A stretch of 64,000 nucleotides of DNA from Malacoraja senta (taxonomy: Eukaryota), in the NCBI GenBank assembly GCA_038087875.1, contig CM075996.1, forward strand, positions 5,830,001-5,894,000, written 5' to 3'. Made by a program: the position numbers and the translations under genes. Below the pieces are notes generated by a model, which saw nothing but the letters and a program-made list of their open reading frames with translations, was not told the origin of the DNA and ran no database searches. Positions 61,931-64,000 of this stretch are shown piece by piece. The number at the start of each line of letters is the position of its first letter. Position 1 is the first letter of the stretch.

Positions 61931-62061
61931 TCCCCGTGTCGTGGGCAGCTGTTCCCCCCCTGACCGATCCACACACCCGGGAGAAGGAGAGAGGCACCGG
62001 ATTGTTAGCCTGTCCTTCGCTCTCGCCACTGAAGCCTGCCAACGCAGACAGGTCATGGCAG
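61931..62061 (+). CDS. PLEKHA4: PLEKHA4 exon (PRVVGSCSPPDRSTHPGEGERHRIVSLSFALATEACQRRQVMA)
   Basis: ttttag|T ... GCAG|gtaaaa, 131 bp, phase 2/1; matches human PLEKHA4 ERVLSLSQALATEASQ as recalled. Confidence 0.88.
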
Positions 62062-63267
62062 GTAAAAGGCACAGAACTAACATGCAAACTCACCAGCTTC
62101 TGCTCACTGGCTTCTGGTAAACCGCCTTCCACTAACCGGCTTCTAGTAACTGGTTTCCCCCTGATTAACTTTTGTTAAACCGGTTTGTCCAATAACCAGC
62201 TTTAGTTTCTGCTAACTAACCAATTTTTTGTTAACTGTTAGTGTGTAAGAAGGAACTGCAGATGCTGGTTTACAGACACAAAAAGCTGGAGCAACTCAGC
62301 GGGTCAGGCAGCATCTCTGGAGAAAAGGAACAGGTGATGTTTCGGGTCGAGACCCCCCAAAAGTCACCTATTCCTTCTCTCCAGAGATGCTGCCAGACCC
62401 CGCTGAGTTACGCCAGCTTTTTGCGTCTATCTTTTGTTAACTGGTGTCTTGTAATCAGCATTTAAGAAGGAACTGCAGATGCTGGAAAATCGAAGGTAGA
62501 CAAAAGTGCTGGAGAAACTCAGCAGGTGCAGCAGCATCTATGGAGCGAAGGAAATAGGCGACGTTTCGGGCCGAAACGTCGCCTATTTCCTTCGCTCCAT
62601 AGATGCTGCTGCACCCGCTGAGTTTCCCCAGCACTTTTGTCTACCTTCTTGTAATCAGCATCTGTTAATTGGCATCTACGGTCTGGGTTTCCGCTCATTT
62701 ATATCGCACCCACGTGTTTCTGGGCCGATACAACCCGTCACACCCACAGCCCACTGTGACAGAGCACATGGCAACACAAGCGACAAGCTCTTCGCTTCAG
62801 CACGGTGAAAATGTAACCAGAAGCAATCTCTGGAAATCAGATCTGACACTTTTTGGAATGTGAGAGTGCCGTGTGTCTGGTTTAATTTACGGTGTTTACA
62901 ATCAGCTTCTGCGATCCTTGTACTGCAAAGTGAACCCAAAGACAGCCTGTTCCCAGCGTTGGTTGATGAATGAATGAGGCCATAAAAGAGTCATCGGTTA
63001 ATATCCTTATCACACCAGAGAAGGGCACAAGCCCATCTTTGGCCATTGCCCCCGGAGAGTGCAGTTATGAACTGCTCTCCCTGTTCCAATCCATCGTGTT
63101 CATTAATAAAGGTGAATTATTGGCCCAAACGCTCTTCAATGATCAACATGTTGCTGATGTGGATTTTGGCAAGGCAGTCCCCAATTATTAATCACAAATA
63201 CATCACTGGGAAGTGAAGTCAACCTTGCCTGCATAACCACTTGCAGTGCAACCCACAAGGAGAGTTA

Positions 63268-63779
63268 AGGGCCTGTCCCACCAGCATGCGACTGCATGCG
63301 GCGAGCGACACCAAACGTGGTGGCTTGAGGCGCACGGCCTCGCGGGGCCGGTCCCACTTCCAACCGCGGAGCTGTCTGGAGCTGGTCCCGACATCATACT
63401 CACCCATCAGCTGGGCAGGAGGCGGGCCGACTGAATGACTTCATCACGCAACGGCACGCCGGGCGGTGACGTCATCGCGCAACGCCACGCGCTAGGCGTA
63501 CGCCGTCAAGACGCTGCGTACGGCGTCAAGGCAGTGCGTATTCCCGTCGGGACGCTGCGTACGGCCTCAATGCGGCTGCGGGCCGGCAGGCCGTTGCCAC
63601 GCGGAATTTTTGAACAGTGTCAGTTTTTCTGAGCCCCGCGCGATGTCGGGACCAGCTCCGCACAACTCCACGCGGCTCCGGCGATCGAAGTGGGACCGGC
63701 CCCGCGAGGCCGTACGGCTCAAGCGACCACGTTAGGTCGTGCTAGCCGCATGCAGTCGCATGCCCGTGGGACAGGCCCT
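63268..63779. mobile_element. PIF/Harbinger-type MITE, CpG-rich, with long inverted arms
   Basis: AGGGCCTGTCCCAC / GTGGGACAGGCCCT ends, imperfect inverted arms of about 125 bp, TTA TSD. Confidence 0.85.
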
Positions 63780-63794
63780 TTAGACACAGGCTGA

Positions 63795-63828
<34 letters not shown>

Positions 63829-64000
63829 GTCCTAGCAGGGGCAACTTTGACTAAAGGTCTCTCTGCACACTCCCTCATACACTCCCCAGAACTGCGCCAG
63901 TATGTGTGTGCTACAGAGACTATTATCTGACCTTGTAGCCTATACCCATTGTAACTTGAGTCCTACCCAGGGCCCCTGTTGAAGCAGACTTCAGCAGCTT

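Noticed and set aside
63890..64000. Possible last PLEKHA4 exon (acceptors at 63889 or 63970)
   Set aside because: No similarity to the expected C-terminus, and the window ends; cannot be supported.

Overview
Repeat-rich, intron-containing vertebrate genomic DNA. The repeat set (HE1/V-SINE-type tRNA SINEs, CR1/HER1 LINE tails, Penelope, Rex1, L2) points to a cartilaginous fish, probably a skate or ray. Three host genes can be traced by hand. (1) NUCB1 (+): 11 coding exons from 3611 to about 19710/19774; the signal-peptide exon is upstream of the window. (2) PPP1R15A/GADD34 (-): last coding exon at 23900-24151, convergent with NUCB1. (3) PLEKHA4 (+): 15 exons from 27252 to 62061, after a 200-N assembly gap at 25068-25267; its PH-domain exons and last exon are not seen. 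The same three genes are neighbours at human 19q13.33. Items worth a second look: many dispersed palindromic Penelope-end elements carrying a minimal hammerhead-ribozyme core; nested PIF/Harbinger-type MITEs; a CAAAG-terminated MITE with 7-8 bp TSDs; a GC-AG intron; apparent homopolymer frameshifts in NUCB1 and PLEKHA4; a coding 30-bp repeat at the NUCB1 C-terminus; and an AP-1/AARE motif cluster beside PPP1R15A. Gene identities come from remembered protein motifs, not database searches. Repeat boundaries are approximate unless TSDs are given.
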